Shown: positions 61,023 to 64,000 of the stretch, in pieces
How the letters are laid out: every line of letters starts with the position of its first letter
Numbering within the stretch: the stretch's first letter is position 1
Assembly (NCBI GenBank): GCA_951406725.2
Contig: OX597824.1
Location: forward strand, 4,836,001-4,900,000
Source of the DNA: Octopus vulgaris
Lineage: Eukaryota
DNA: 64,000 nt
Direction of reading: 5' to 3'
Program-made: the position numbers and the translations under genes
The notes under the pieces: model-generated
What the model saw: the letters and a program-made list of their open reading frames with translations, nothing else
The model's database searches: none
What the model was told of the DNA's origin: nothing

Positions 61023-63618
61023 AGGTATAAAGTAATTATCAAATAGATAAAGTAACTGACATAATCAGAGAATGTGACAACAATTTAGCTCAGAATAGTC
61101 ACAGGTAACAACACAACAAGAGTAATATGGGCTCAGGTACCACAATCAGGACAGACAAATGAGTAAAAAGGCCATTTCTATTTGCACATTACCAACACAC
61201 TATAAAAAGACAGCAACCTCATCACAGCTAGTGACTTTGATGGACACACTGGGCAACACCATAGCAGCTAAAGCTATGTCTAAGAAGAAGGCTATGGTTA
61301 TGGCATATGGAATGAAAAGGTGTCAAGGCTTTTAGATTTCTGTGATGCAAATGACCTAACCATTTGCAACACTAACTGAGAAAGTGGTAAACCACTTCAT
61401 CATCCACTATTCAGGTGAATACAGAAGCCAGATAGAATCTGTACTCACCAGGAAACTGGAGAGATGGATAGCTATAAACAATAAGTTTTCAGTTAGTAAA
61501 GAATGTACCATCCAAAACAGACTAAGGATTAGTGGCTTCAAATTTAGAGGTAGATAAGCCTGGAGATAGTGACAATATAAAGAAAGAAGGTATGAAAGCT
61601 AAAAGATCACACTACTAGACATTATTACAAAGAAGGAGGAGGAGATAAAGACCTGTATCATAGGAGAGAACTGGAAGTTTCTACAAGACAACCCATCACA
61701 AACCACAGAACGAATATGCATATTGAGCAAGATTCCAGCAAGACAAAAGAATGACATGGTGATTGAAAGGTGTGGTAGTTAGAACCATAAAAGCTAAAAG
61801 ACAGGTTGAGAAATAATAAAAAAAGAAAATGGTTAACAAACAACAATATCAAGTAACCAGAAGGAAAAGTAGACATTTGATAAAATAGAGAAATCTGCCA
61901 ATGTTTGATGATGTGAGAATCAGAAGTACAAGGCTTTCTGGATTTTAAAATGGGTGTCAAAAGGAATCAGGATATCACTGGTCTAAAATATGTATGGTAG
62001 CACTGCACTCCACTGATGCAGAGGAGACATGAATGTGGAGAGATTGCAGAATGCAGAGGGGAGAGGAGAGGAAAAAGGGAGTGCTCTAGATAGACTAGCA
62101 GAGTGATTAGCTTTTGAAATTGACAGCTACACAGATGAAATAGCCATTAGAGATATGAAGGCAAGGAAAGCATCTAGACAACTAAGGATAGTAGATGAGT
62201 GGCTTAAAACATCCAACAAAGTAGGACTCAGACCAGTCAATCAAATAAGAAAGGAATAATTCCCTATGACTGGCATAGCAATATTATCATTAACTGCTAC
62301 AAGAGAAAAGGAGAATCTAGAAAAAAAAAGCAGCTGTAGTAGCAGGAAACTGATAGACCAAGTTATGAACACAGCACAACTAATTAAGGGGAACATTAGA
62401 TTAGATTAGAAGCAATTTGAATTTATACCAGGAGAGGCAACTATTGATACCTTCTTCCTTGTAGAACTACAGAAGTTTGTAGCTAAGAGCAAGCTACAAC
62501 ACCTGGAGAAGCCCTTTAAGAGGGTAACACACCCTGAAGTCTAGGGGCTACCAGGAAATTAGGTGAAGATAAATAGCATGTGATAACTATACAGTAAATC
62601 ATTGCAGAGATGTGTGAACTGACATTAAGCTCAGTGTGCAATTGATATCTATAAGGTCTTGGTTCTCAGACACTTCCTGTTTATTTTAATTCTCTGGGCA
62701 ACCACAAAAGAGTTTAAGACTGGCTGTCTATGGGAACTTTTGTATGCCGATAACCTAGTTCCTGAATCTGTCAAAGAATTAGGAGAGAAATTCTAAAGGT
62801 GAGGCTAAAACTTAAAATCAAGAAGTCTTAAAGTAAACCTAGTTAGCAGGAAAGGAGATAGGACTCTATTGCTATCTAGTCAATAGCCATGCTTGACATA
62901 CAGGAAAGAAAGAATAAGGAATTCCATGTAATGTACCCCATGTTAACTTTGAATGTATAAGAAGTGCAGAGCAGTCACAAGCAGGTTGACAGGAAACCTT
63001 TGTAAGTGGCAGATGTACTTAAGTAGCTAGCAAGAAGAGCACCCATGAAATAAATTCTTTCAAATATTCAGAGAGTACCATCAAAAAAGAGTTGATAGAT
63101 TCTGTTAGCCAGATGATCAGTTAGCAATGCAGGAGAGTGTTTTGAAAGAATAGTTGCCAAAGAACGGGGTTGAAAACTGCAGGGCACCGTTACCTCTACT
63201 TGTAACAGAGGTTTTCTGCTTCGGGGTATCACAATGGTGCATGTGTACAAAGTGTGATGCTGCATAACATGGGTCTTATATATGGGAAATATTGCAAAGA
63301 TTGGAAAGAAATGAAGCAATTATGTTCTGTTGGATGAGTAATTTTTTTTAGAGTCAATGAATGATGGATTACATATGAGAGAAAAACTAGGTATAAGATT
63401 AATTAAATGTGGCAAGCAAGAGAGAAGACTGAGATGGTTTGGAATTGTGGTGCATATGGAGTATGACAGTGGAAGGAACCTGTAGAAGAAGGGGACCCCA
63501 GAAGAAAGATAATCTCAGGGATCACAAGTGACAAGACACTGCACTAGAGAAGATCTACTTAAATCATGCAAGTATGGAAAAACAGACATAAAATGGTGAC
63601 AACGATGATGATGATGAT
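61023..63618 (+). mobile_element. Near full-length but heavily decayed RTE LINE
   Basis: APE region (DKVTDIIRECD, VPQSG, LDFCDANDLTICNT); RT (FIPGEATIDT, GCLWELLYADNL); PHD-like remnants; RRLRWFG; tail catgcaagtatggaaaaacagacataaaa(gat)n. Confidence 0.85.
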
Positions 63619-63681
63619 AAATAAATATCTTCCTTTCTTGAAAGTACAACATGAAGAAATATTCTAGTTCTTCATTAAAGT

Positions 63682-63732
<51 letters not shown>

Positions 63733-64000
63733 GAAAAAGTGAAATTAAAAAGGAAAAGATGAAACATTGGTTGGGATGTGAAATCTATTATATGATGGAG
63801 AGAAAGATTTTTCTTTTTACAAGTTAAATGTGATGAACAATAAAATCAATAATCAAGTCGGCAACTAGTGTGTTCTTTCTTAGTAAGCTAGTAGTAGTAG
63901 TAGTAGTGGTGGTAACCGACCAATAGTAGTTTACTGACAAACAATATGTATGTAGCATGACTTGGCAACTGATAGTTCTTATAACTCTTCTTTACTACAG

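Overview
AT-rich, microsatellite-dense eukaryotic DNA. The tRNA-derived SINE families, RTE/CR1 LINE relics and very long (TA/CA)n tracts point to an octopod cephalopod (Octopus-like); this is inferred from repeat content only. Most of the window is decayed mobile DNA: two internally deleted mariners, a Tc1-like element with DD36E spacing, two maT-like relics, piggyBac- and hAT-type MITEs, an R4/Dong-type element sitting in (TAA)n, RTE LINEs with an internal PHD-like finger and VNTR 3' UTRs, a young CR1-type 3' end, a Gypsy relic and many SINEs. Several Penelope-like pLTR relics carry recognisable minimal hammerhead ribozyme cores, mostly inactivated. The best host-gene signal is a minus-strand chain of small exons (16645-16614, 16199-16152, terminal exon from 12543) with a 3' UTR hairpin and AATAAA at 11832-11827; the protein is unidentified. 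Almost all ORFs in the supplied track are microsatellite artefacts. There is no CRISPR, rRNA or true tRNA gene. I could not demonstrate a wholly new system. The least explained signals are a cryptic 21-bp heptad ORF at 1030-1308 with decayed coding-like DNA upstream, the hammerhead relics, a covarying SINE/LINE tail hairpin, a 66-bp higher-order VNTR and a 113-bp inverted templated insertion.
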